Shown here: positions 18,798 through 27,876 of the stretch, piece by piece
Position numbering within the stretch: the stretch's first letter is position 1
Layout of the letters: every line of letters starts with the position of its first letter
Source of the DNA: Desulfobulbus propionicus DSM 2032
Lineage (GTDB): Bacteria > Desulfobacterota > Desulfobulbia > Desulfobulbales > Desulfobulbaceae
Length of the DNA: 32,000 nucleotides
Reading direction: 5' to 3'
Assembly (NCBI RefSeq): GCF_000186885.1
Contig: NC_014972.1
Location: 1,080,001-1,112,000 of the forward strand
Notes under the pieces: model-generated
Told to the model about the DNA's origin: nothing
Databases searched by the model: none
What the model saw: only the letters and a program-made list of their open reading frames with translations
Program-made: the position numbers and the translations under genes

Positions 18798-20792
18798 TCA
18801 TGGACAAGGTTGGAGAATCAGGGTTGCCAGCGGCGGCAAGGTCAGGGACAAACTCTGCGCAAAGGTATGACTGGCCACGGGCTGGGCGATCAGATCGGTG
18901 CCGTTGGCAACACCGCTGCCGCCGTAAATGTGCAGATCGGAATTGATCAGCTCGCGGTACGGTCCAGCCGTGGGGACACCGATGCGGTAGTCGGTGCGCA
19001 CCACCGGGGTGAAATTGCAGACAACCACGACAAAATCGTCGGCCTGCTTGGCATAACGGACAAAAGAGAAGACGGCGTTGTCGGAATCATTGGCATCGAT
19101 CCATCGGAAACCGCTCCAGTCGAAATCGACCTCATGCAGGGCGGCGGTGTGCTGATAGACCAAGTTGAGATCGCGTACCAGCCGTTGCAGTCCCTGATGC
19201 CGGGGAGCGGTCAGGGCTTGCCATTCCAATCCGGTATCGTGGTTCCATTCCTGCCATTGACCGAACTCGCAGCCCATGAACAGCAGCTTCTTGCCCGAAT
19301 ACCCCCACATGAACCCGAAATAAGCGCGCAGGTTGGCGAACTTCTGCCACTCGTCGCCACTCATCTTGTTCAGCAGGGACCCCTTGCCATGGACCACCTC
19401 GTCGTGGCTGAGCGGCAGGACAAAATTTTCGTGGAAAGCATAGAGCATGCCAAAGGTCATCTGGTTGTGATGGAAGCGCCGGAACAGCGGATCCTTGGCC
19501 ATGTAGCTCAGGGTGTCGTGCATCCAGCCCATGTTCCACTTGAGGCTGAAGCCAAGACCGCCGAGATAGGTGGGGCGGCTGACCATGGGCCAGGAGGTCG
19601 ATTCCTCGGCAATGGTCAACACACCGGGAAAGATGCCGTGCACCACCTCGTTGACCTTGCGCAGGAAACTGATGGCCGCCAGATTTTCCCGGCCGCCGTA
19701 TTCATTGGGAATCCATTGCCCCTCCTCGCGGGAATAGTCGAGATAGAGCATGGAGGCCACCGCATCGACCCGCAGACCGTCGATATGATATTTGTCGATC
19801 CAGAACAGGGCGTTGGAGATGAGAAAGGAGCGAACTTCGTTGCGGCTGTAGTTGAAAATCAGGGTACCCCAGTCCTGATGTTCGCCCTGCAGGGGATTGG
19901 CGTGGGCATAGAGTTGGGTGCCGTCAAAGTTGTTGAGGCCGGCGCCATCCTTGGGGAAGTGAGCCGGCACCCAGTCGAGAATCACCCCCAGACCGGCGGC
20001 ATGACACTGATCGATGAAGAACATGAAGTCCTCGGGGGTGCCGAAGCGGGAGGTCGGAGCGTAAAAGCCGAGGACCTGATACCCCCAGGAGCCGTCAAAG
20101 GGGTGTTCGGCAATCGGCAACAGCTCGATATGGGTGTAGCCCATCTCCTTGACATAGGGGATGAGGGTATCCGCCAATTCGCGGTAGGTGAGATATCGTT
20201 GGCCCCATTGGGGATCGGCTTCCCGCCGCCAGGAGCCAAGATGGACTTCATAGATGGAGATCGGTCTGTCCAAGGCCTGGTGCCGTTGGCGGGCCGCGAT
20301 CCATTCGCCGTCCTGCCACGGGTAGCCATCCAGCCGTGCGACCACCGAGCCGGTGCGCGGCCGCTCCTCCATGGCAAAGCCGAAGGGGTCGGCCTTGTCC
20401 AGCTGATCGTTGTTATGGGTGGTGAGGTGGTATTTGTAGACCGTGAACTCGTGGAGCGCGGGGATGAACAGGGTCCAGATGCCTGTGTCGGAGGAATGCA
20501 TCGGGTGGCGGGTCGGGTCCCAGTCGTTGAAGTCGCCGATCACCGACACTTGGCGGGCGTTCGGGGCCCAGACCGCGAAGACCACGCCGTCGCTCCCGTC
20601 GAAACGGACCAGATGCGCCCCCAATTTCTCATAGGCCCGCTCGTGGGTGCCTTCGCTGATCAAATAACGGTCGAAGTTGCTCAGCCAATCCGCCGGAACT
20701 GCCCTTCCGGCTGGGATTTCGCGCTTCATGGGGTGTATGAGCCTCTTGAGGAGATCAATAGATGCAAAACGAGGTTCAATGTACCGTATCAA
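18798..20792 (-). CDS. glgB: 1,4-alpha-glucan branching enzyme (GH13)
   Basis: CBM48-like region ([25 protein letters not shown]), GH13 motifs ([82 protein letters not shown]). The true start could be internal (for example MKREIPAG). Confidence 0.93.
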   Translation of the reverse strand: MIRYIEPRFASIDLLKRLIHPMKREIPAGRAVPADWLSNFDRYLISEGTHERAYEKLGAHLVRFDGSDGVVFAVWAPNARQVSVIGDFNDWDPTRHPMHSSDTGIWTLFIPALHEFTVYKYHLTTHNNDQLDKADPFGFAMEERPRTGSVVARLDGYPWQDGEWIAARQRHQALDRPISIYEVHLGSWRREADPQWGQRYLTYRELADTLIPYVKEMGYTHIELLPIAEHPFDGSWGYQVLGFYAPTSRFGTPEDFMFFIDQCHAAGLGVILDWVPAHFPKDGAGLNNFDGTQLYAHANPLQGEHQDWGTLIFNYSRNEVRSFLISNALFWIDKYHIDGLRVDAVASMLYLDYSREEGQWIPNEYGGRENLAAISFLRKVNEVVHGIFPGVLTIAEESTSWPMVSRPTYLGGLGFSLKWNMGWMHDTLSYMAKDPLFRRFHHNQMTFGMLYAFHENFVLPLSHDEVVHGKGSLLNKMSGDEWQKFANLRAYFGFMWGYSGKKLLFMGCEFGQWQEWNHDTGLEWQALTAPRHQGLQRLVRDLNLVYQHTAALHEVDFDWSGFRWIDANDSDNAVFSFVRYAKQADDFVVVVCNFTPVVRTDYRIGVPTAGPYRELINSDLHIYGGSGVANGTDLIAQPVASHTFAQSLSLTLPPLATLILQPCP

Positions 20793-20862
20793 CCGCTGAA
20801 TGTCATGGAGAAAGAGCAGTTTTGTCGCTGTTGCGGCATGTGGCGGGGCCCAAAGAGGGTGG

Positions 20863-22029
20863 TCAGCGGCAGAGGTGGAGGATGGCGGCCACCCGCTCGG
20901 GAGGATAATCCCGCAAACGCCAGATTCGCGCTAATCCACGGGTGTTGTCGGCAATCCGGGGAATGTCGCGTGCCGGGATGCCCAGATCGGCGAGGGTGGT
21001 CGGTGCGCGCACCCGGTGCAGCCATTCCTGCAAGCAGAGGGAGGTCTGGGCGGCAATGGATGCGGCTTGTTCCCCGTCCGGAAGACGGAAGAGCCGTCTG
21101 CCCAGTTCGGCGATCCGCCGCGCATACAAGTCGTGGTGGGCCCGCAGCCAACCGAGCATGACCACCGCCAGACCCGCGCCGTGGGGCACATTGTACAGGG
21201 CGCTGAGCGAATGTTCGATCAGGTGCATGGGAAAGCCGACCCGTCCCAGGCCGGCGGCGGTCAATCCGTTGAGGGCCAGAGTGGCGGTCCACATCAGGTT
21301 GGCGCGGCCGTTGTAGTCGCATGGATCGTCCATGCAGCGCAGGCAGGCCGTCATGGCATTGTCGATCAGCCCTTCCATCAGCCGATCCTGCACCGGGGAG
21401 TCCGGGTCGGATGCGGTCAGGTAGAATTCGAGCACGTGGCTGATGGCATCCACCGCTCCATAAACCGTGTAGTCCACGGGCACGGTGAAGGTGGTTTCCG
21501 GATCGAGGATCGAGGTCTTGGGGAAGAGCAAGCGGTGGCCAAAACCGAATTTTTCCCTGGTTGCATCGTTGGTGAGCACCATGCCCGCATTCATCTCCGA
21601 ACCGGAAGCGGCGAGCGTCAGCACGGTGGTCACCGGCAGGGTGGCCTTGATGCTCCGTTTGCCGGTGAAGAATTTCCACACATCGTGCTCGACCACGGCA
21701 CCGGCACCGATGGCCTTGGCGGTGTCGATCACCGAACCGCCGCCCGCGGCCACGATCACCTCGCTGCCGTGGGTCTTGGCCAGGGCAATACCCTCGCGGA
21801 CATGGGAGAGCAGGGGATTGGAACAGGTGCCGCCGAACTCGATCAGCTCAAGGCCCGCTTCCCGCAGGCTGTTGACGATCCGGGCGTGCAGGCCGCTGCG
21901 TTTAAGGCTGGTCTGACCGTAGACCAACAGGGCCCGCCTGCCCCATGCCCTGGTTTCGGAACCGATGGCGTTGACCGTATCGCGGCCAAACAAAATCTTG
22001 GTGGGGTTGTGAAAGACGAAATTGTGCAT
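20863..22029 (-). CDS. Iron-containing alcohol dehydrogenase (butanol dehydrogenase/YqhD-like)
   Basis: [22 protein letters not shown](P)-binding [13 protein letters not shown], metal-binding region [27 protein letters not shown]. Start at MHNFVF; the ORF is open from 22119. Confidence 0.88.
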   Translation of the reverse strand: MHNFVFHNPTKILFGRDTVNAIGSETRAWGRRALLVYGQTSLKRSGLHARIVNSLREAGLELIEFGGTCSNPLLSHVREGIALAKTHGSEVIVAAGGGSVIDTAKAIGAGAVVEHDVWKFFTGKRSIKATLPVTTVLTLAASGSEMNAGMVLTNDATREKFGFGHRLLFPKTSILDPETTFTVPVDYTVYGAVDAISHVLEFYLTASDPDSPVQDRLMEGLIDNAMTACLRCMDDPCDYNGRANLMWTATLALNGLTAAGLGRVGFPMHLIEHSLSALYNVPHGAGLAVVMLGWLRAHHDLYARRIAELGRRLFRLPDGEQAASIAAQTSLCLQEWLHRVRAPTTLADLGIPARDIPRIADNTRGLARIWRLRDYPPERVAAILHLCR

Positions 22030-22039
22030 GGCGGCGGGG

Positions 22040-22549
22040 TCATCGGTCCATGCGGTTGAGCAGATGTTTCTGCCGCCTCTTTTCCCGTACCGCGGCGAAA
22101 AACCGAAAGACCAGCACATAGGTGAGCAGCCCGGACGGAAGGGCGAGCACCAGGCCGCCGGCCATCATCACCAGCAAGGCGTCAAGACCCAAGGCACGAA
22201 GAACGTCTAGGCTGTCCAAGATCCCTTCCCGCTTGATCATGTCCAGCGTTGCCAGAATTTTTTCCCAGCTGAGACGTCCCGGTAGAAAAAAATCGCCGAT
22301 CTTCCAGGCCGCGTAGTATTGGGGGACAAAGGTCAACGGATTGCTGACCACATTGGCCGCGAGGATGCCGGCGATCGGGTTGACACGCAGGGGCAGGGTC
22401 AAGCCGAGGATGAGAATATTGTGCAACGGCAGTGTCGGGGTCGCGCCGACCGCGGTGCCGATAGCCGCTCCCAGGGCAAGGGAGCGGGGGGATCCCTGCA
22501 ATCGTTTGAACCGAATGAAATAAAAGCGGGCGGTACGTTTGATGCTCAT
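22040..22549 (-). CDS. DUF2062 domain-containing membrane protein
   Basis: SPRSLALGAAIGTAVGATPTLPLHNILILGLTLPLRVNPIAGILAANVVSNPLTFVPQYYAAWKIG matches the DUF2062 pattern. Start at MSIKRTARFY; the ORF is open upstream to 22789. Confidence 0.72.
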   Translation of the reverse strand: MSIKRTARFYFIRFKRLQGSPRSLALGAAIGTAVGATPTLPLHNILILGLTLPLRVNPIAGILAANVVSNPLTFVPQYYAAWKIGDFFLPGRLSWEKILATLDMIKREGILDSLDVLRALGLDALLVMMAGGLVLALPSGLLTYVLVFRFFAAVREKRRQKHLLNRMDR

Positions 22550-22641
22550 GTTCGGTGAAAGAAGTCCAATGGTCGTGGTGATGGCACCGGGGCACGGTAG
22601 GGGCTGATGCCGGAGCAGGTGTAGGTCCTGTCTGCCCCGAT

Positions 22642-23328
22642 TTACCAATACTGCCAAAAACCGGTGAAATAGACAAAACAGGCCAGGCCGATGTTGGTGG
22701 CCGCATGGGCGGTAATGCAGGCGATCAGATCCTTGCGGTTGACCCATAACAGGGACATGAGCAGTCCGTAGGCCACGGCCGCCGGCCATTCGTGCATGGC
22801 ATGGCCGGAAGTAAAGGCCAGCACCGAGAGGAGGACCGCTGGCCAGGACCAGGCGCCGGGTTCGATTTCGTTAACGGTCCGGTGATCCAGCGCCGTGTGC
22901 AGGGGCTCGGCTCGCCTTTCTTTTCTGGCACGATCCCACTGCAGGGCCAGGCGAAAGAGAAAGCCGCGCATCATCAATTCCTCGAAAAGCGGGACGATCA
23001 GGCCCGCGCTGAGCAAACGTAGGAAAAAGGCCTGCGGGGTCCAGGGAGAGGCCTCGGCGGGCGAGGTGAAAGGGGTCAGGAGCGCCAGCCATCCAAGCAG
23101 GCCGAGCAGTCCGCCCGCCAAGCCGACCAGAATGGAGCCACGCAAGGAGCGGGGGCCGCGGAGGGGACAATACCACCGCCAGCCCCAAAACAAGAGCAGA
23201 GGAACGACAATCAGCCGCAACAAATAGTTGACCTCCATCGACAGGGCGGTCGAGGGGAGGGAGGCAATACCCACATAAGCCAGATAGGGGGCCGCATAGG
23301 GCAGGATCAGCTGGCGGTTGGTGATCAT
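22642..23328 (-). CDS. CPBP family intramembrane metalloprotease (CAAX prenyl protease-related)
   Basis: 228 aa, multiple TM segments, motifs VPLFEELMMRGFLFRLA, AFTSGHAMHEWPAAVAYGLL and ACITAHAATN. Confidence 0.82.
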   Translation of the reverse strand: MITNRQLILPYAAPYLAYVGIASLPSTALSMEVNYLLRLIVVPLLLFWGWRWYCPLRGPRSLRGSILVGLAGGLLGLLGWLALLTPFTSPAEASPWTPQAFFLRLLSAGLIVPLFEELMMRGFLFRLALQWDRARKERRAEPLHTALDHRTVNEIEPGAWSWPAVLLSVLAFTSGHAMHEWPAAVAYGLLMSLLWVNRKDLIACITAHAATNIGLACFVYFTGFWQYW

Positions 23329-23349
23329 ACGGACTCCGAGGGGCCAGCC

Positions 23350-23610
23350 TCAGGCGGTGGGCGGCTGTTCCGGGGTATCTTGCGCGGCCTTGATCGCCTC
23401 TGTTTTTTCCCGTTTATGGGTGCGGACGAAATCGATCGCCGCCCAGAGCAGCAATACTCCGCTGGCGATACGATTGAACAGCTGATGCTTCATCATCTCC
23501 GGGTCGGTGGTCAGCCAGCCATCGTAGAAACACCACAGGCCGAACCCGGCGAGAAGGACGGGGAAGACATAGGGGCTGATTTGAGGCGGTGCGGGTTTAC
23601 GGTTACTCAT
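23350..23610 (-). CDS. Small conserved-type membrane protein, function unknown
   Basis: 86 aa from MSNRKPAPPQISPYVFPVLLAGFGLWCFYDGW... with two predicted TM segments, tightly packed between rsmA and the CPBP gene. Confidence 0.55.
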   Translation of the reverse strand: MSNRKPAPPQISPYVFPVLLAGFGLWCFYDGWLTTDPEMMKHQLFNRIASGVLLLWAAIDFVRTHKREKTEAIKAAQDTPEQPPTA

Positions 23611-24517
23611 GATGCTGCTCCTGGTGCGTTGTGGTGGGCGGGAGAAGGTGAGGAGAAAGCGATGCAAGGGCCTTGCTGAGTTCACGGGTCAAGGTGACGA
23701 ATTGCTCCAGCGACAGGGTTTCCGCGCGGTCCGACGGCGATACTCCCGCTGCGAGGATGGCCTCGGCCAATTTTTCCTTCTCGTCCAGCACGCGGGCGGC
23801 GGCCAGACCATTGAGCAGGGTCTTGCGGCGCTGGCCAAAGGCGGCGTGGACAATGCGGGTGAAGAGTTTGCGGTCAAACGCGCCCAGATCCTGCACCCGT
23901 TTGGGGCGTGGATGAAAGTCAATACGGATCACCAGGGAGTCGACCTTGGGCCGGGGATGAAATTCCGCCGGGTTGACGGCGAGCAGCGGCCGAACCTCGG
24001 CGCAGGCGGCGAGCAGCACCGTGGGCGCCCCGTATTCCTTGCTGCCGGGCTGGGCCATCAGCCGCTGGGCCACCTCTTTTTGCAGCATGACCACGGCAAA
24101 ATCCATCAGTTCGGCCTGGTCGATCAGGCGGAAGAGAAAGGGACTGGAGATCGAGTAGGGCAAGTTGGCGACAATCTTCAACCGTTTGCCCGGTTCGACC
24201 AGGGGGGCAAAATCGACCTTGAGCACGTCGGCATGGACCAACTCGACATTGGCGGGCAGGTCCTGCTGTTCCTGATGGAACCGGATGATGCCCGAATCGG
24301 CTTCCAGGCCGATCACCTTGGCGACGGCGGCGGCCAAGGGACGGGTCAGCGCGCCCAGGCCGACTCCGACCTCGATCACCTGATCGTCGGGCTGCAGGCC
24401 GGCCAGATCGACGATCCGCCGGGGCGTGCGTTCATGGACCAGGAAGTTCTGCCCCAGTTTTTTGTGCGGAGCCAGGCCTTGGCGTTTGAGGAGCTGTTTG
24501 GTCGGTTGGTGCGTCAT
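23603..24517 (-). CDS. rsmA: 16S rRNA (adenine1518/1519-N6)-dimethyltransferase RsmA/KsgA
   Basis: KLGQNFLV, EVGVGLGALTRPLA, ANLPYSISSPFLFRL, MLQKEVAQRLMAQPGSKEYG, FHPRPKVDSLVIRI. Confidence 0.93.
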   Translation of the reverse strand: MTHQPTKQLLKRQGLAPHKKLGQNFLVHERTPRRIVDLAGLQPDDQVIEVGVGLGALTRPLAAAVAKVIGLEADSGIIRFHQEQQDLPANVELVHADVLKVDFAPLVEPGKRLKIVANLPYSISSPFLFRLIDQAELMDFAVVMLQKEVAQRLMAQPGSKEYGAPTVLLAACAEVRPLLAVNPAEFHPRPKVDSLVIRIDFHPRPKRVQDLGAFDRKLFTRIVHAAFGQRRKTLLNGLAAARVLDEKEKLAEAILAAGVSPSDRAETLSLEQFVTLTRELSKALASLSPHLLPPTTTHQEQHHE

Positions 24518-24523
24518 GGGCGG

Positions 24524-25528
24524 TCAGTTGAGGGGAGAACGGGAATAGGCGTCGGCGTCGGCATCGAGGAGATGGCCGCCGAGGAACCGGTAGTAGCCGG
24601 CCACCGCCACCATGGCGGCGTTGTCGGTGCAGTAGACCGGTGAGGGCATGAACAGCTCCAGACCGTGTGCGTCGCATCGTTGGGCGAGCGCGTTTCGCAG
24701 CCTGGGGTTGGCCGCCACGCCGCCGCCGATGACGATCCGTTGATGCCCGGTCCGTTCGGCCGCGGCCAGGGTTTTGTCGACCAGGACATCGACCACCGCC
24801 TCCTGAAACGAGGCGCAGATATCCGGGATGGGCAGCGGTGCGCCGTTGCGCCGCAGGCTGTCCACCTGGGAGGCCACCGAGGTCTTGAGGCCGCTGAAAC
24901 TGAAGTCGAGGCTGTGTTCGCCCAGGCGGGCCCGGGGAAAGGCGATGGCCGTCGGGTCACCGTCCGCGGCCAGGCGGCTGATCACCGGTCCGCCTGGGTA
25001 GCCAAGCCCCAGCAGTTTGGCCACTTTGTCAAAGGCCTCGCCGGCGGCATCGTCGCGGGTACAGCCCAACCGGGTGAAGCTAAGTGGGTCCTCGACCGCA
25101 AAGAGCGAGGTGTTGCCGCCGGAGACGATCAGGGCCGTATAGGGGAAGGCGGGTTGCCGCTCCTCCAGCAGACAGGAGAGCAAATGAGCGGCCATGTGGT
25201 CGACGCCGACACAGGGCAGGCCGCGCACCAGGGCCAGTCCCTTGGCAAAGGTAAAACCGACCAGCAGCGAGCCGACCAATCCAGGTCCCTGGGTAGTAGC
25301 AATGAGATCGATATCAGTCAGATCGACTCCGGCCTGGTGCAGCGCCTCATCGACCACCGGCTGGATCATTTCAATGTGCCGGCGGGAAGCCAGCTCGGGA
25401 ACAATGCCGCCAAAACGGGCATGGATCTCGTTCTGACTGCTGATGATCGAGGAGAGGACCCGGTTTTCGGGTTGGACAACGGCCGCCGCCGTATCGTCGC
25501 ACGAGCTTTCAATGGCAAGGATAAGCAT
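24524..25528 (-). CDS. tsaD: tRNA N6-adenosine threonylcarbamoyltransferase TsaD
   Basis: MLILAIESSCDDTAAAVV, VPELASRRHIEMI, GPGLVGSLLVGFTFAKGLAL, VDHMAAHLLSCLL, VSGGNTSLF, FDKVAKLLGLGYPGGPVI, GGGVAANPRLR. Confidence 0.95.
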   Translation of the reverse strand: MLILAIESSCDDTAAAVVQPENRVLSSIISSQNEIHARFGGIVPELASRRHIEMIQPVVDEALHQAGVDLTDIDLIATTQGPGLVGSLLVGFTFAKGLALVRGLPCVGVDHMAAHLLSCLLEERQPAFPYTALIVSGGNTSLFAVEDPLSFTRLGCTRDDAAGEAFDKVAKLLGLGYPGGPVISRLAADGDPTAIAFPRARLGEHSLDFSFSGLKTSVASQVDSLRRNGAPLPIPDICASFQEAVVDVLVDKTLAAAERTGHQRIVIGGGVAANPRLRNALAQRCDAHGLELFMPSPVYCTDNAAMVAVAGYYRFLGGHLLDADADAYSRSPLN

Positions 25529-25638
25529 GGGCCGCTGGTTGCAATCAGTCCTTTTCGGTGGTATCAGTAGGAATCAGTCGTCGGTTGCCGTTGGTTTCGA
25601 TGGCCGGCAACCTGTTTCCGCCGTCAGCACCATACACA

Positions 25639-26685
25639 ATGATACAAGAAAATACCACCGTTGCCCCACCAGGAAACAGCCTTACCGATCTGTTTTCCCG
25701 CTCCATTTCCTATTTGCGTCTCAGCCTCACCGACCGCTGCAACCTCAGGTGCATGTATTGCGTCACCGAGGACGAGTCCTCCGGCTGCCTGGCCAAGCTC
25801 GGCCAGGAGGAACTGCTCACCTACGAGGAACTGCTGCGGGTGGTCCGGGTGGCAGTGGCCATGGGCATCACCAAGGTGCGGCTCACCGGCGGCGAGCCGC
25901 TGGTGCGTCGAGGCGTGCTGGATTTTATCCGCGAACTCAATCGGATCGAAGGGTTGGACGATGTGCGTATCACCACCAATGGCGTATTGCTGGCACAGTA
26001 TGGGCGGGAATTGCTGGAGGCCGGCGTGACCAAGGTAAACATCAGCCTCGATTCCCTGCGACCCGAGCGGGTGGCGGCGATCACCGGAATCGACTGTTTT
26101 GACGCGGTCTGGCGGGGGGTGGAGACGGTGCTTGCTTTGGGCTTTGCACCGGTCAAGCTCAACATGGTGGCCATGCGCCACATCAATGACGACGAGATCC
26201 TCGATTTTGCCCGTATGTCCCAGCGGCTGCCGCTGCAGGTGCGGTTCATCGAGTTCATGCCCATCGGCGCCTCCAGCCGCTGGAACGCCAACACCTACAT
26301 CAGCACCGACGAGATCATGGAACGGATCGGGACGCTGGGCGAACTGATCCCCCTGCAGAAAGGGCGCAATGACGGCCCGGCCAAGGTCTTCCGCCTGGGC
26401 GAGGACGCGGCCGGCACCCTGGGCTTCATCAGCCCCCTGAGCCACCACTTCTGCGATCGCTGCAACCGACTGCGCCTGACCTCGGCCGGCACCCTGCGTT
26501 CCTGCCTGCTCCACGATGAGGAGGTCGATCTCCGCGCCGTGCTGCGCAATGAACCGACGGACGACTCGATCCGTGAAGCCTTGCTCACCGCCATCCGCAA
26601 CAAGCCGCGCGGCCACCAGCTGGAGGAGCGGCTGCACCGTTCGGGCAGCGACTGTCACGGCCGGATGTCGCGCATCGGCGGCTGA
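25639..26685 (+). CDS. moaA: GTP 3',8-cyclase MoaA
   Basis: Radical SAM motif LRLSLTDRCNLRCMYC, TGGEPLVRRGV, FIEFMPIG, C-terminal cluster CDRCNRLRLTSAGTLRSCL and terminal RMSRIGG. Start at MIQENTT; the ORF is open from 25558. Confidence 0.93.
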   Translation: MIQENTTVAPPGNSLTDLFSRSISYLRLSLTDRCNLRCMYCVTEDESSGCLAKLGQEELLTYEELLRVVRVAVAMGITKVRLTGGEPLVRRGVLDFIRELNRIEGLDDVRITTNGVLLAQYGRELLEAGVTKVNISLDSLRPERVAAITGIDCFDAVWRGVETVLALGFAPVKLNMVAMRHINDDEILDFARMSQRLPLQVRFIEFMPIGASSRWNANTYISTDEIMERIGTLGELIPLQKGRNDGPAKVFRLGEDAAGTLGFISPLSHHFCDRCNRLRLTSAGTLRSCLLHDEEVDLRAVLRNEPTDDSIREALLTAIRNKPRGHQLEERLHRSGSDCHGRMSRIGG

Positions 26686-26694
26686 TCGGCTGCC

Positions 26695-27876
26695 TCAGCC
26701 TCCTGTCTGCAACCACCCCTCAATGCGGTCAAAGGCCTCGTTGATCTCCGCCTCCTCGCCGCCAAAGGAGAGGCGGAGGTGACCCTCGCCGCCCGGACCG
26801 TAGGAAGCGCCGGGAATGGTGATCACCCGTGCCCCGTACAGCAGGCGCGTGGCCACTTCCTGTGACGGTCCATCCGAGAACAAATAGCGGGCCATGACGT
26901 AAAAGGCCCCTTTGGGTTCGACATAGCTGAAAAAATTCCGCATTCCATCCAACCGCCGGCAGCAGAGATCCCGCCGCCGGATAAGCTGTGCCTTGCACTC
27001 GACCAGCCAGCCCGGATCCGAATCCAGGGCGGCCAGGGCCGCAAACTGCGCGGGCGTGGGCGCGCAGATGGTGGCCGCGTCGTGCACCTTCATGATCTGC
27101 GCCATCAATTCGCTCGCCGCCGTGACCCAGCCGATGCGCCAGCCGGTGAGGGCATATTGTTTCGACAACGACGAGATGCTGACCACGTGGTGGCGGTAGC
27201 GGGACAGGCCGAGCGGCGAAAGCGGCGTCCTGCCCTCGTAGACCAGATACGCATAGGTCTCGTCGATCACCACCACGAATCCCCGTTCCACCGCCAGCTC
27301 ACACAGGGCCAACACCTCGCTGTCGGCAAAGACGTTGCCGGTGGGGTTGCCGGGGTTACACAGCATCAAGGCCCTGGTTCTCGGGGTGATGGCGGCCCGC
27401 ACCGCCTCCAGATTCAGGGTCCAGCCGGCGGTCAGAGGCACGAACACCGGCCGGCCGCCGGCGAGATGGACCTGCTCGATGTAGGAGGCATAGGTCGGTG
27501 TAGGCAGGATGACCTCGTCGTCCTGGTCCACCAGGGTCAGCAGGGTGGCCAGCAACCCCTCCATGGCGCCGACGGTGAGACAGATTTCGTTGTCCGGGTC
27601 GATATCCACGCCCTTTTCTTCCCGTAAAGCCCGGGCGATCCGCTGCCGCAGTTCGGGCATGCCGGTCTGCAGGGTGTACTTGCCGCTGGCCGGGTTATCC
27701 TGCAGGATCTTGGTCACGCTTGCCACCACCGGTGGCGGGGTGGCAAAGGAGGGCACGCCCTGGCCAAGACTGACACAGTCGCCAATGCGGGCCGCCTCCT
27801 GGGCCATGGCCTTGGTGGCAGAAACGGCGATGGAGCGGACCCGACGGCTGATGGGGGGAAAGACGGGGCTGCTCAT
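26695..27876 (-). CDS. Class I/II PLP-dependent aminotransferase (aspartate aminotransferase-like)
   Basis: SLGQGVPSFATPPPV, CNPGNPTGNVF, VVIDETYAYLVY, PLP lysine motif SSLSKQYALTGWRIGW, and C-terminal GHLRLSFGG. Confidence 0.9.
   Translation of the reverse strand: MSSPVFPPISRRVRSIAVSATKAMAQEAARIGDCVSLGQGVPSFATPPPVVASVTKILQDNPASGKYTLQTGMPELRQRIARALREEKGVDIDPDNEICLTVGAMEGLLATLLTLVDQDDEVILPTPTYASYIEQVHLAGGRPVFVPLTAGWTLNLEAVRAAITPRTRALMLCNPGNPTGNVFADSEVLALCELAVERGFVVVIDETYAYLVYEGRTPLSPLGLSRYRHHVVSISSLSKQYALTGWRIGWVTAASELMAQIMKVHDAATICAPTPAQFAALAALDSDPGWLVECKAQLIRRRDLCCRRLDGMRNFFSYVEPKGAFYVMARYLFSDGPSQEVATRLLYGARVITIPGASYGPGGEGHLRLSFGGEEAEINEAFDRIEGWLQTGG

Noticed and set aside
17676-21161. Uninterrupted 1161-aa ORF on the plus strand
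   Set aside because: It lies opposite two well-supported minus-strand genes (glgB and the coiled-coil gene). The translation shows no recognisable domain and has the Gly/Arg/Val/Gln-rich look typical of antisense frames of GC-rich genes. The coiled-coil gene's Gln/Lys/Ala/Glu codon usage further suppresses stops on the opposite strand.
22550-22789. N-terminal extension of the DUF2062 ORF
   Set aside because: It overlaps the 3' end of the CPBP protease gene and has no domain similarity. MSIKRTARFY is the sensible start.
25529-25638. Moco riboswitch upstream of moaA
   Set aside because: The gap is only about 110 nt and I could not identify the conserved multi-stem architecture by eye. Only a small hairpin is visible, so I did not call it.
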